This document shows positions 44,930-59,574 of a stretch of DNA of 64,000 bases, piece by piece. The DNA comes from Chiloscyllium plagiosum. Its lineage: Eukaryota. The DNA lies in contig NC_057717.1 in NCBI RefSeq assembly GCF_004010195.1, forward strand, positions 73,664,399 through 73,728,398, written 5' to 3'. How positions within the stretch are numbered: the stretch's first letter is position 1; the number at the start of each line of letters is the position of its first letter. Both the position numbers and the translations under genes were made by a program. The notes below the pieces were generated by a model that worked only from the letters and a program-made list of their open reading frames with translations, made no database searches and was not told the DNA's origin.

Positions 44930-46306
44930 CGTGCTCCCATGTAGAGGATGAACATTTCATCAACTTCACGAACACCTCAATATCACCTAGACCATCTTTG
45001 GTTAATCCTTCACCTTCCTAGACCTCTCCATCTCACTTTCCGTCGGCGGACATAACGCCCACTATATACTATATACTATATAACCACCAACACCCAAAGC
45101 TAGCTTGACTACACCTCCTGATATCCTAAATCCAGTTAAAAAGTCCTTTATTCACAATTTCTCGACTTCCGCCGCATCTGCTGTCAGGACAACCAATTGC
45201 ACCATAGAACATCCCAGACGGCCTCCTTCATCAAAGACTGAACGTTCCACTCCCACATGGTCGATAATGCCCTCCAGCGCATCTCCTTCACTTGCAGCAT
45301 GTCCGCCCTTGAACCCCACTACTCCAATTGCAACAAGGGCAGAAAAGCCCTGATCTTTACCTTCTTCCCCACTAACCTCTGGATACATCACATCATCCTC
45401 CGCCACTTCTGCCACCTACAAACAGACCACACCACCAGGGATATATTTTCCTCCCCACTCCTATCTGAATTCCAGAGAGACCATTCCCACTGCGACTCCC
45501 TTGTTAGATCAATGCCCCCACAAACCCAATTACCACTCCTGGCACATTCCTCTGCCTCTGCATGGAGTGCAAAACCTGCGCCCACACCTCCCCCTTCACA
45601 CCGCCGAAGGCCCCCAAAAAATCCTTCTATATTCGGCAGAAATTTACATGTGCTTTCACACATGTCATCTATTGCATCAGTTGCACTCGTTGCGGTCTCT
45701 TCTACATTGGGAAGAAAGGACGCCAACTTACATAACGTTTCAGAGAACATCTCTGGGACACACGCACTTAACAACGTCACCACTCTGTGGCCGAACACTT
45801 TAACCTCCCCTCGAACTTCACCAAGGGCGTGCAAGTTCCGGACATCCACCACCACCAAACACTAGCCACCTGATGCCAGGAGGAAGAATGCCTCATCTTC
45901 TAACTTGGGATCATCCAACCACACAGGATCAATGTGGATTTTACCAGTTACCCCATTTCCCCTATATCCACCTTATCCCAGAACCAAACTTCCAACTCCT
46001 CACCTCACTCGTGAACTGTACTACCTGTCCACCTTCCTAGCCAACTGCCTTCTCCACACTTCTCTCCGACCTATCACCTTCACCCCCACCTTCAACTACT
46101 TATCGCATTCCCAGTTACCTACCCCCCAACCCCACTTCCGTCCCATTTATCTCCTATCGCCCTTGGGCCACTCCCTCAGTCCTGTTGAAGAGCTTATGTG
46201 CAAATCGTTGACACCTCTGCTCCTCGGATGCTGCCTGGCCGGCTGTGCTTTTCAGCACTACACTCTTCGACTCTGTTCTCTAGAATGTGCAGTCCTCACT
46301 TTTTTC
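44930..46306 (+). mobile_element. Penelope-like element, decayed (RT C-terminus, GIY-YIG, terminal repeat)
   Basis: HVIYCISCTRCGLFYIGKKGRQLT*RFREHL at 45661; decayed hammerhead at 46178-46212; tail shared with the 12790 and 37002 repeats. Confidence 0.85.
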
Positions 46307-46686
46307 CACAAATAAAAGATAACAGAATAAATGGGAGAATTGGTCACTCCACTTTCAATGTACAATCTTCTTTTTAATCTCGCAGGCCTTTTGCCAGAGG
46401 TAGCACCTGTTAGGTACAACAGAACTGGCCCTGAAACCCATCAAACTAGACTTTTCAGAATTTGTGTCTTTTACGAAAGCTCAGCAAAAATAAAGCCAAA
46501 GACACCACGGCTTTGTAAAACAAGCAGCAGCATCACATTGGGTATATTAATATGAAGAGTTTAAAGGGATATGGGCAAGTATTGGCAATAGGGAACGAAC
46601 TATTTTGGTATATCTGGTCAACATGGACGATTTGGACCAAAGCTTCCATGCTATATATCTCTATGACTTTATGACACTATAAGGGA

Positions 46687-49600
46687 TGTTTGAAGTTTTA
46701 GACGTGTATTGTACCTTTAAGAGTGAAAGCTGGCAAGGAGTTTCAAAGCACAGAGTATGCTGAAAAAAAAAAACAAACTAAATTAAAAATGTAACATATG
46801 GCTGTGAAACAAAGAGCTGATCTGAGTTGTGATGATACACAACAAATTTGAAATTTGCCAATTAGTTTAAATTTTGCCGGAAGATATTAAAACACAATCG
46901 AATTTGAAAAGTATTCTTTTAACGGCATCAAACCAATGACACGATCCAATTTTTTGGGGGGTACAGAAATCTAGCATTTTGCACAGTTAGCCAGAGTAGT
47001 GAAGAGCACCAGCAAACAGAGAGCCCACAGGGATGTTTTCTGAAAGGTACCATTTCATATGAAAGCTGTAAAGCAGAAGACCAAAGAACAGAAGGCAGGA
47101 AGACTCCGTGAAGAATCGAAACATCTGACTGGTTTTGAAACTCAGATTTTTCTTTGTAAAACTTGATAAGGGAGTTTTTATCAGCTCAGGACATTGTTGG
47201 ACAGTGTAAGTTAGATAAAATGATCAGGCAAAGGAGGATCACAGTGGAAAAATTGCTGTTTAATGTCCTCTTCTTTTCTTCGAGATAAAGAAGAATTTGA
47301 TTTTTTTTTCTTTCCATAGTGGGATTTAGTACTTCTTTGTCAGTCATACAGATTACGAGGCGAGGTGAGCTTTTCTGTGTGCCAAATTTAAATTAGCAGA
47401 AGGGATTGCTCTGTTTCGTACGAGTTTGGGGGCTCAGGTTCGTGATTTTGACAGGTTTAGAAAGACCCAGTCTGATATTTAAACGGAATTTGAATGGATT
47501 TTGGGTAAGAAACAATCCAGTATATTTAAACACTTGCAGTTTAGTATCCTGGATTTTTAGATAAGATGTAAGTTTAATTTCGTTTTCTTGTGGTTGGTTA
47601 AAATAAACGTGAGTGAAATGGCTGTTAAAATTGCTGAACAGGTTCTGGTGTTTGTAGGTGATTCCCAAATTTGCCAAAATGTTCAGAGGGAAAGGAAAAT
47701 GCCTTACTTTTAGAATCAACAAAGAGGTTACAATTGGGTTTAAACAAGGACAAAAGTAAAACTGAAATTGTAAGTGATTTTACTCCAACACTGAGGTATG
47801 TCAGAGAAACAGACAAGTCATGAGAGTTAGAAAAGGTTAAATTACAATTCAGGAAAATTGAGTGAGAAGATAAACAGAGAGAGGGAGAGGGAAACAGAGA
47901 TAGAGAGAAAGAAGGAAGAGATAGTGGAAAAAGAAAGAGGGAAAAGATTGTAAATGAGCAAAGAGAGAAAGAAGAAAAAGAATGAGAAAGAGAAAGGGAG
48001 AAAAGAAAGGGAGAGAGAAAAGAAAGAAGGATAAACAATTTATGAAGCAATTTAAACTTCAAAAATTGCAACTTACCAGGAAGGTCAAGTTAACGGGATG
48101 GAGATGAAAAGAGAAGGCAGTAATATGTGCAAATATGCTAAAACATTGCTATATTTTGATGGAAACGATGTCGAAGCCTTCCTTATGTCAATGAAAAATT
48201 GGCGAGGCAAATGGAGTGGTCCGAGGACTTGGGGGTAATGCTGGTTCAGAATAAACTTGTAGGCCAGTGAGGTATTTGCGCGGCTGTCAAATAAGGGACA
48301 AGAGGCTAATATAAGTGCTAATATATATGCAGCTGTTCCGAAATATAAAAAGGAACCAGGTCAGCCTTATGTTGATATCGAAAGAATTAAGTGGAGTCAC
48401 TTTGATAGATAGGTGCAGGCCTTGAAAATAGATAAGACCTATAAGGCTCTATCAGAGATTCTACTGGAGGATTTTAAAAACTCAGTGCCAGAAATCATAA
48501 TAATCCACATGGATGAACAGAAAGTTCAGGAAGTGAGAAGAGAATCAGAGTTAGAGATAAATACAGGTTGGTGCGCAGAGACAACCTTCCAGCTAGAATT
48601 TCATCCTGTGAGGGACAAAAGTTGGGAGTAGGGGAGATCCTACAGTATGAAAAAAAAGAGAAGCGAACACTGATAACAATATGTTACAGGTTAAAAAAAG
48701 AAGACCAAGAGGGTAAAGAGGAGGCTAAAGGGCACATGCATTTCCACAGTGTTAAAGTGCGACATGTAAGTCATAGTGCTGGTTGGGAAAGAATGGCACT
48801 GCTTCAAAAGACGTGGTAAACGAAGCTTAGGTTGAGCTATTAAAGAACGTTGTAAAGAAACCCCAATAAATGATGGGAAGCTGTAGCAGAGTGTGTTGCC
48901 TATGCAGGGGCTGGGTATGGAGTGAGTGCCGTATCTAGATAAAGAATTCACCTCTGTGCATAAGGTTTACTCAGACAGAAGAGAGGGAGAAGGACAAGAA
49001 GTTATGATTTTGAGAGATACTGGATCTAACCAGTCTCTCATAGGAGAGACGAACGAATTTGCACTCTTTCTGACATGTTCCCGATAGAGTGGTAATTTCG
49101 GGATGGATATACAGAAATTTAGCGTTCCCTTGTGTGAGAGCAGGTTGGCGTGACAGCTCAAGACTGGGGAAGTAACAGTGGGAGTGATTAACAGATGTAG
49201 CTAGATGAATCCAGTTTGTTCTTGGGCATGGTTTAGGAGGTTACAAGTTGGGACCCCTTACTGTGGATAAGCCCGAAGAAGACCAGGAAATTGAGGAGAT
49301 CAAAGAAAAATATCCTGGTATTTTCCCAGACTATGTAATCACAAGATCCTACTATCATAAGTCACAGTATGAAACAAAAGATAAGGAATAAGATGAATAA
49401 GTTGACACCCTGTTTGACGCAATGATGCAAGGAAACACTGAACTGTCAGAGATCAGACAGAAATGCTTAGTCCTGAAAGGCTAATTGACTTGCAACAGAA
49501 ATACGAGACAATAAAATATATATGTACTGATGCCTACTCCGAATAGGAGGCAGAGAATGTTCCTGAGGTTTATTATATGAAAGGTAGAATTCAAAGACGG

Positions 49601-52600
49601 AAATGGCGATCATGGCAGGTTAATGCAGAGCAGACATGGACCAAAGTGCACCAGATCGAGTTACTGATAGCATACAGACAGAAAATGATATGAGTAGCAC
49701 GTGAACTTCCAGTAAAGGTCATCCAGGTGTACGGAAGACTCAGGCTGAGGCACAAAAACATTTCTATTAGCCTGGAATACATAAGGATGGTGTTTTCTCT
49801 TGCCATACGTGTCATACCTGCCAAATGGTATGTAAGTCACAGCTGGCCAAAAAAGAGCACCTTTGCTTCTAATTCCTCCATTCTAAGAGCCTTTCATACA
49901 GGTTATAATTGATTGTGTAGTTTCCGTCCCGAGAACTAAAAATGGGAACCAGTAATTGTTAACCACAATCGATGCAACGACCAGATTTCCAGAGGCAATT
50001 TCATTACAGAGTATTAAGGCAAAAAGTGTTGTTGAAGAGTTAGTCGCTTTCTTCACACGGTATGGACTACAAAAAGAGATTCAATCAGAGGAAGGATCTA
50101 ATTTTACTGCTAAGCTTTTTAAGGAAGTCATGGATACTTGAGTCATATGGTCATTTAAATCAAGTGATACACAATGTCAATTCCAGAGTGATTTGGAAAG
50201 GTGGAATCAGACCTGGAAGATCATGTTCTGGCATACTGTCGAGATTATTCGAATGATTATAATAAAAGTATCATATTCATATTATTTTCCTTTAGAGATG
50301 TCCCAAAGGAATCTACTTAGTTTCCTTCCTTCGAGTAAATATTCGGACATAAATTGAGAGGCCCTTTGAAATTAATTATAGAGAAATTGATAGTATCAAA
50401 TTCCGAGGTCTCATACTTGGATTATGTAACAGAGGTGAGAGAGAGATTAAATCGAGTCGGTGAGTAAGCAAAACAGCACCTAAAGTGGGCACGGCAGGTA
50501 AGCTAAACAGCACTTAAAGAAGCAGGTGGCTGATTAAAAACTCTGAAACTCGAACGTTTCCCTGTGGAGACGACGTGTATAAGTATTGATACCAATGATA
50601 GGAGATGCCTTCAAAGGCAAGTTTTGTGGTTCCACACAAATTGAGAAAAAGGTGTGTCAAGTGAACTATCGAGTAAGATGCCAGACAGAAAAAAAATCTG
50701 CATTGGATATGTCATGTGAATATGTTGAAACCTTATTAGACTAGAAAGAAATAACTGGAGAAGCAGGTGTTAGATACTGCCCAGTACAGTGAGGAAGCAA
50801 ATACAGATGCAATGGAATTTGATGTGTCTCAAAATATGTTAAACAATGCTGTTGTCTTTGCGGAGTGGAATAGTTTAGAAAATTGTCTATCTCAAGAGCA
50901 AAGATCACAGTTGAAAGGTTTGTTACAGCAGTATGAGTTCATATGCAGGAATAAGATGGGGAGGACTAATGCTATTGTGCATCAGGTACATGTAGGAAAT
51001 GCTGTCCCGATCGAACAACACTCCTATCAGTTCAATCCTTCCAAAGTCTGACAGGTCAAGAAGGAAGTGAAGGACATGCTAAATGAAGATATCATTGAAC
51101 CGAGTCAGAGTACGTGGAGTTCACTGACCATGTTAGTTGCCAAACCTGACGGAGAATTCAATAATTTTCCGTGAACTATCAGAAGGTCAATGCCATAACC
51201 TAACAAGACTCATCCCAAATACACAGATTGGAGGACTGCTTGGAGAAAGCTAGAACAGCCAGTAACATCATAAAGTTGCACATACTGTGTGGGTATTGGC
51301 AGGTAAATTTATCAGACAAAGCGAAATAAATCTCTGCATTTGCCACACCAAAAGTGTATATCAATTCAATGTGATGCCCTTTGGATTGAAGAACGCATTT
51401 GCCACATTCCAAAGACTCATGAACAGAATTGTGACTGAGTTAACAAACTGTGCAGTCAATTCGACGATGTAGTGATATTCAGTGAGTCCTGTGAAGATCA
51501 CATGGTACAGTTGACAGTGCTCTTTAATCGATTAAGGGGCCAAAACTGGTAAGAAACTTAAACAAAAATCAAGAAGTGACATTCTTGAGACATAACATCA
51601 GTAATAGAATGTTAACCGCCAAGGAAAGCAAAGACAAAGGCTATCAAGGAATTTCCATGTCAAACCTCTGAAAAAGCAGTTTCTGATTTTTGGGATTAAG
51701 CAGATTCAATCTGACGTTTGTTACAAATTTCAGCAGCACATAGCATGGTTAACAGATTTGCTGAATAAGAACACAGCATTTCGTTGGACAGAACAATGCC
51801 AGAAGGTATTAGACAAAAGCAATATTAAACACCACACCGGTTTTTGCTGCACCAAATGTTTTGAATCCACTCAAAGTTGGCATTGATGCTAGTGACATAG
51901 GATTTGGTGCTGAACAGCTACATAAAGATGATGATGGGACTGAACTACCAGTTGGTTACCTTTCAAAGAAACTCAACACCCACCAGTGAAGATAATCTAG
52001 GGTCGAATAAAGAAATATTGACCTTACAATCTTTTAATATTTACATCACAATGTGTCGAAGAATGGTGGGTGCATGGATCACAATCCACTTACATTCTTG
52101 GAATGCTCTAAAGGCAAGAATATGAGACTATTAGATGGTCTCTTTTAACTTACAAGTCGCATATGTTGTGTGTGGTAAGAATGCAATAGAAGATGTATTA
52201 TCACGAATTTCACTGATAAAGTGCAGGTGAGATTGATATCCGTTCAACGTTTATATGTGTGCATGGGGGGGGGGGTGGGGGGGAGGTGAAGAAGCTAATA
52301 TGAACATAGACTGATTTCCTATGTATGTTATAATAATGTGGTTAAGAAATAGATTTAAAATGTCCTATCTTCAGTATGATAGTTCATTGTTTTCCTTAAG
52401 GAGAATGTGCTATGAAGCTGTAGGTGTGTACTGCACATTTAAGAGAGTGAAAGCTAGCAAGGACTTAACAAGCACAGAGTATGCTGAAAAAAAAATAAAA
52501 GTGCAACATTTGACTCTGATTCAAATTTCTAAGCTGATTTGCCATGGCACACAACAAATTCGAGTTTAGTCAATCAGTTAAAATTATGCCCCAACATACT

Positions 52601-53127
52601 TAACCCTAATCTAGTTTGAATTTTACTGTTTGACAAATTCAAACCAATAGACGATCCAATGTTTTGAGATATAAAAATCAGATATTTTTAACTATTAGTC
52701 AGACTGGCAAAGCAGGCCAGCAACCAGACTGCCGAGAGAGGCCCTCTCTGAAAGTTACACTTTCATATGAAATCTGTAAATCAGCAGATTGAAGAAAAGA
52801 AGACGGTAAGATAGAGAGGAGAATCGAAACATCTGACTCGTTATGAAATTTGAATTTTTTGCAAAACTTCATCGATGGGTTTTATTGGATCAGTATCTTG
52901 TTGCAGAATGGGAAGTAGATAAATTGATCAGACAAAGGAGTATTCCAGTGTAGAAAGTTTTTGTTTAATGTTCTCTTTTTTTCTTGCGGTTAAATCATAA
53001 TTTTTTTCTTTAAATTGTGGGGTTTGTTGGTTCTTTGTCACTCATACATTTACAGTTTACGAGGTGAGGTGAGCTTTTTTGTGTGCCTGGTTTAAATTAG
53101 GAAAAGGGTTTACGCTGTGTTGTAACA
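46687..53127 (+). mobile_element. Full-length but decayed Gmr1-like Gypsy LTR retrotransposon with both LTRs
   Basis: 5' LTR about 46687-47422; PBS TGGGGGCTC 47427-47435; gag; protease LRDTGS at 49010; integrase about 49690-50740; RT VMPFGLKNA near 51372; RNase H DASDIG near 51885; 3' LTR 52408-53127 (TG...TAACA). Confidence 0.88.
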
Positions 53128-53269
53128 TGAAGATGAGGAAAAACTGGAGGACAGCAGTTTAGTGATATAATTTAAGAACAGAATAATGGATTTTAGGAAA
53201 GGAACAAAAAAACTACAGGCGAGTCAATTTTACCTAGGTGGTGTCACAAAGCTGGTTCCTTTTTTTTCT

Positions 53270-54178
53270 GTATGTACACAATATTCCAAGTGTGGCTGCA
53301 CCAGTGTTTTGTATAGTTGCAGCATGACATTGCGGCTCTGGAACTCAATCCCTCTACCAATGAAACCTAACACACCGTATGACTTCTTAACAGCAGTATC
53401 CACCTAGGTGTCAACTTTCAGGGATCTATGTACATGGACTCTAAGATCCCACTGCACATCCACATTACCAAGAATCTATCCATTGACCCAGTACTCTGCC
53501 TTCCTGTTATTTTTCCCAAAGTGCATCACCTCACATTTAGCTGCATTGAACTCCATTTGCCACCTCTCAGCCCAATTCTGCATTTTATTGAAGTCCCCCT
53601 GCAACCTGTAACATTCTTCCAAGCTGTCCACTACTCCACCGACTTTAGTGTCGTCTGCAAATTTACTAATCCATCCACCTATGTCTGCATCTAAGTCATT
53701 TATAAAAATGACAAACAGCAGTGGTCCCAAAACAGATCCTTGTGGCACACCACTAGTAACCGGACTCCAGACCGAATATTTTCCATCAACTAACACTCTT
53801 TGCCTCCTTTCAGAAAGCCAGTTTCTAATCCAATCTGCTAAATCACTCTCAATCCCGTGCCTCTGCATTTTCTCCAACAGCCTACCATGTGGAACGATAG
53901 CAAAGGCTTCACTGAAGTCCATGTACACCACGTGAATTGCCCTACCCTTATCTACATGCTTGGTAACCTTCTCAAAAAATTCAATGAGGTTTGTGAGACA
54001 TGACCTGCCCTTGACGAAACCATGTTGACTATCTGAAATCAAATTGTTGTTTGCTAGATGATTATAAATATTATATCTTATAGTCCTTTCCAAAACCTTT
54101 CCTACAACAGAAGTAAGGCTCACTGGTCTATAATTACCTTGGTCATTTCTGCTGCCCTTCTTGAACAAGAGCACATTT
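53270..54178 (-). mobile_element. CR1 LINE RT fragment with an open 232-aa frame
   Basis: ORF 53476-54174 [27 protein letters not shown]. Confidence 0.92.
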
Positions 54179-54485
54179 CTAATCCTCGTTGTTAATTATT
54201 TCTGTCTGTGAACAGGTATTACGCTTCTGAAGAGTATAATGCTACAATCTAAAGTAGATTATCCATTGTATATAGATATGTATCTCCACATATGTGCAGA
54301 CATATAAGATAGATATACTGATTAAGCTGCATTTCATATATGTACTTTACCCAAACATGATAATTTGAATTATTTTTATTACAACTCACCGTATCCACAA
54401 TCGATCCGTAACAGTTGAGTCATCACTGTTTGTGTTTTATAAAAACCATTAAGGCGGGAATGTTAGATTGATGAGTAATTTTGCA

Positions 54486-57225
54486 TGTTACCATACAGTG
54501 GTGGATCCTTCGGTTAATTAAGCCAAACACACAGACAATCTCACCTCATCTCGTAATTTGTTAAAACATAAATGACGGAGAACTCCCAAATTGCACTACG
54601 TAAAGAAAATAATATCAATTTATTTTAACTCTAACAGTGAACATTAAACAGCAACTTTTCACAACTCCAAGCCAGCCTTTTTCTTAACTGCTTATTATCT
54701 GCCTCCAACTCTATAATATCATTCTGTTTCAATAAAACACTTACTAAAATTACACCAACTGAGTTTGAAAAACCACACAGCGGCAGTTGTCTTCAGTGTC
54801 TGTCTTCTTCCGACTGAAGGTGTCCTTGAGTCGTATTTTTTTCCTTTTTGCTACGAATATGTTTTATGTACGAAGCTACCTTTAATAGAGAGTGTTTTCT
54901 AAATTTATGTTCCCACTCGATGGAAGTTGCTCGCTCTACAATTTTCAAAACACCTTCATTTTTACATTTCCATCATCTTGACTTTGTTCTGATGTTGCCA
55001 AAACAATAAATCCAAACTCGATTGGGATTTTGTTTCCTGGGGCATAAATTAAACTGCTTGATAAATTCGAATTGTTTTTAAAACAACGACGAACACTCAG
55101 GTATCCATTTAACTCCCAAATGTTACATATTTTCAACTTTCCAGTGCACTGTTGTTCTGCCGCCTCGTCATATACACAGTTGTGTGTGACATCTCAGTTC
55201 AGAAACATCATTCACTCTGTCTTCAAGGTACAGTACACGCCTTCAGCTTCATAAAACGTTCCCAATTAAGAAAAGCATGAATCATCATAATGAAAAGATG
55301 GCCTTTTTTTTCTAATTCTTAATCCCATTACACTAAAATGCAAAGGCTATTAATCAAAGTTACACTTCCATTTTGATTTCCGCTGACCTATAGATAGCAT
55401 GTGAATCTGTGCATTCTTATCTGTACATTTTCCTTTATAATCCAAATAACACATCTGTTTTTACATTTTTTCGATCCGCAACATGTACAATTTGTAAATT
55501 AAAGGTCTGTAACATAAGACTTTATCGAAATAGTCTATATATTTCTCTTTAATGGGTCCAAGAATGTAAGAGGATTGTGATCTGTGTACACAACTGTCTC
55601 TGACACATTGCTCATCAAGTAACAACCAAAATATTTTAAGGTCAGTATCAAACTCAATAATTCTTTTCTTCGATCGTCGGGTGTTTTCTCAGGTGGGTGG
55701 TTAGTTTCTTTGAACGGTAGCCAATTGTCCATTAAATTCTATCATCATCTTTCTTTAGCAGCTCCAACTCATATGTCACTGGCATTGATTGCAACTCTGA
55801 AGTGTTTCAAAACATTTGGTGTAGATAAAATTTGTGTGGTGTGTAATACTGCTTTGAAATTCTCACTGCCTCCTGTAATTGTTCTGTCCACCGAAATTTG
55901 TGTTCTTCTTTAGTAAATCGGTTAGTGGTGTCAATAGGCTGCTGAAATTTGGAACAAACTTCATGTAGAATCCGCTTAATCTGAAAAATCGAAGCATCTC
56001 TTTCTTCGAGTTTGGTCATGGAACTTTCTCGAAGGGATTTTTCCTTGTGCTCCTTACAGTCACCCTTCTATCACCGATGTGATGTCCCAAAGATGTCACA
56101 TCTGCCTTCGAAAACTTAGTTTTCATTAAGTTTATTACCAGTTTTCCTTCTCATGATCGCCCAAAGAACTATGCCAACTCTACTGTGAGATATGCCCTTG
56201 ACTCGCTAAAGACCATTGCATCATTCAGATAAACTGCACGATTTGTTAATCTGGCCTCAAATATCTTCTTGAGTTTTTGAATTTGGGGAAGTGGGGGTTG
56301 CGTTCGTCGTTCCCAGAGCATCAGTTTGAATTGATATAGCTTATTGGGGTTACAAACATAAAAAGAAAACCGTTTTCTCTGATAAAGGTACTTGTTAACA
56401 ACCACGCCATAAGTCAACTTTTTGAAGTAACTGACTTGTCCAACTTTCTCGATCCGTTCCTCCAATCTTGATATCGGGTATGAGTTCGATGTTGTTATGG
56501 GGTAGGCCTTATGATAGTCTGCACAGTATCACTAGATTCCATCAGGTTTGGGATGTAACACGATCGGTGAACTCCTCTCGGTCTGACTCAGCTCAGTTAC
56601 ATCTTCGTTGAGCATCGTCCCCACTTCCTTCTGGACCTGTATGGCTTTGAACAGATTAACCCTGTTGGGGTGTTGTTTTATCGGAACAGCATTCCCGACG
56701 TCTACCTCATGCACAATATCAATAGTCCATCCTATCTTATTCTTGCATATGTCCTCATATTGCTGCAAAATCAAAAACATTTCAACTATGCTATTTGCTC
56801 TTGAGACAGATAGTTTACTCACCTAACCCACTCTGCGAGGGCTTTTTCATTTTTAGCGTATTGCGAGCCACACCAAATTCTGGATTTGATTTGTCACCCT
56901 GTGAGGAAGTAACTAACACCTGTTTCTCCTGTTTATTATCTCTATTATAATAAGGTTTCAACATATTCCCATGACATATTCGTTAGTTTTTTTTTCCTAT
57001 CTGGCATCTTTACCAGAAATTTCTACCTGAATTGACTTATATTCAAATTGATAGGGAACAACAAAACTTGCCTTTGACGCATTCTCCCTTCACCAGTAAC
57101 AACACTAATGCGTCATTCCCCATGAGAAAATATCTGAATTTCAGTGTTTTTATCTACCACCTGCTTCATAGCATGGTGTGTCCTCTAGCTTAGATAACTC
57201 ACCTACCCAACTTAAACTTATTTTC
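54486..57225 (-). mobile_element. Gmr1-like Gypsy 3' half (INT C-terminus, RT, RNase H, 3' LTR 54486-55256)
   Basis: Minus ORFs PIKQHP..SSPIVLHPKPDG, VYLND and VYTDHNPL. LTR start resembles 52408 and the end reads GTAACA. Confidence 0.82.
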
Positions 57226-57229
57226 CCCA

Positions 57230-58749
57230 GCACCAACATGTGAAGAACAACAAGTGCACAAATCTTTTTTCTGAAGAACGAACAAGGCCAATATTTTTTC
57301 ATATTCCACCACCAGGAATAAAGGAGTACTAGAGTGGACATTGACAAGCAGTTCCGTCCTCAATGAAGGGCAATGATGAGAGTTCAAAACGTGAAAGGGA
57401 GGGCAGGGATTATATCAACTACGAGTCGGAGTGAGAAATAAAACACTTCGCAACAGGCAGTGCCCAACCTCTACCTGAAAACCTCAAGGATTTTGGTAGA
57501 CACCGCATACTTCTTCTCCAAGGAAACCCAGACATAGCAACGGAACAGGGGCAGGCAATTGGCAATAATGACTCCCTACACGGTCCGCTGCCTGGACCTG
57601 TTTGTGGTCCACTTAACCAGATCCAGGAGCAGATCCATGAGGAGATCTTTTGACATGCCCTCCACCCTCCGCATCAGGTCCCCAAAGATCAGGGAAGTGG
57701 AGCTGAAATGCAATTAAAAGCAGAGGAGCAGGTCTTTCAGAAAATTAAAAAGAGACCACACCTCATGGTCCACAGACTCTGCAGTACCATAAAACATATA
57801 GTTGCGTTGGAAATCCGTAAACCACCACAATCTGTTCTGCAGGGCACTGCTGCGTGCAACACCCTCCACCCCTGGTCTCCGAGAGAAAAGGGGAGGACTC
57901 CCATGTCTAAAGCCCTCCACTGGGATCCCCACTGCCCTATGGCAAATGGGCATGCCAAGGCGTCTACGAGGGGGGTATAAGGGAGAAAAAAGTGAACGAT
58001 GTGCAGCAGCAGTTGATATATGGTCTTTCGTTTTGTGTTCCTGAAGGGAACTAAGCTAAAATTCCGCTGGAGGCTCAGGTTGTGGGACATAGGCTCCGAG
58101 ATGACATACGTGACCCTGGGGGCAATGTGAAATTCCATCTGGGCAGAGGTACGCACGGATGGGATTTCACCACAGACTTGCACATCCTCCAACTGTTGCA
58201 TAATGTCAGGTTTGAGCACCGTCGTTTTAAGATTTCGATTGGTGATAGCAATGAACCGTATATCTACCGCTGCCCTGCTTGCCACCCCTATCCAGCACAT
58301 CCCTGATTCTGGTCACCCTCGATGCCACAGCCCTCCCCTTGAACAGACTCTCGAACCTGCGATTATGGTAGTGCAGATTTCTGAGCAACAGGAGTTTGGG
58401 CACAACACAAGTCGAGCATGTTGTAGACCGTGATCAGGTCCTGGTAAAAGACAGGCAGCATCCTGAGGGCGAACTCCAAACCTTCACAGTCAATAAACAA
58501 GAGCTTTGTGTTGCATTAGAGGTTGTGTGCCTGATGGAATAAAGTAAGTACATATCCATCGTGCTCCCACAGGAAGAGGCTCAACGTAAAGGTATCACTG
58601 CAAGGTCTGAAGTGGAAAGTCGAACCTAGGAGCACACCAGCAACTGACCAAGGTCCTCCATATGGAGAGTCAAAACCTGAACAGTGTCTCAGTGTGTCTT
58701 TTTGTCCCAGAATAAATTAACCAATGTTCTCTGGATGTTAGCAACAAGA
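57230..58749 (-). mobile_element. Tx1/L1-clade LINE ORF2 C-terminal fragment, copy 1
   Basis: Minus strand IQRTLVNLFWDK..., LGDQGWRVLHAAVPC, ESVDHEV. Confidence 0.75.
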
Positions 58750-59574
58750 TGAGTGAAGCACTACTAATCAGAGAGGTTATCACAGCTACAGAAGCTTCCA
58801 TTGTCGAGGAAGATCTGCCTACTTAGTCAGTATGTGTGGAAATTAGGAATAGCAAGGGAGTAGTCACCTCTTTGGGGGTTTACTACAGACCCCCCAATAG
58901 CAGCAGGGAGATGGAAGAAAACATACGTCGGCAGAAGTTGGAAAAGTGTGGACGTAGTAGGGTTGTTGTAATGGGTGACATTAACTTTCCCAATATTGAT
59001 TGGAACCTCCTTCAAGCAGAAGATTTGAATGGAGCCGTTATTGTAACGTGTGTTCAGGAGGGTTTCCTAACTCAGTACCTTGACAGGCCGACGAGGGGAG
59101 TGGCCATTCTAGACTTGGTGCTCGGAAACGAGCCGAGGCAGGTATCAGATCTTGTGGTGGGAGAGCATTGTGGTGATAGTGACCATAACTGCCTCACATT
59201 CTACATAGCTATGGAGAAGGAGAGGATTAGGCAAAATGGGAGGATATTTAATTGGGGAAGAGGAAACTATGATGCGATTAGACATGAGTTAGGAAGCATG
59301 GATTGGGAGCAATTGTTCCATGGTAAAGGCACTATAGACATGTGGAGACTGTTTAAGGAATGTTTAAGTTGTTGCAAGAGATGAATAAATATGTCCCTCT
59401 GAGACAGGCAAGAAATGGTAAGATAAAGGAATCTTGGATGACGAGAGCGGTGGAGCTTCTCGTCAAAAGGAAAAAGGTAGCTTACATGAGGTGGAGAAAG
59501 CTAGGGTCAAGCTCAGCTCTAAAGGATTACAGGCAGGCGAGGAAGGAACCCAAAAATGGTCTGAGGAGAGCCAG
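58750..59574 (+). mobile_element. CR1 endonuclease fragment, duplicated copy
   Basis: ORF 58836-59384 GVYYRPP..MGDINFP..LDLVL..GDSDH. Confidence 0.88.

Noticed and set aside
47625-48071. Hydrophobic minus-strand ORF resembling a membrane protein
   Set aside because: Antisense of the GA-rich coiled-coil part of Gypsy gag.
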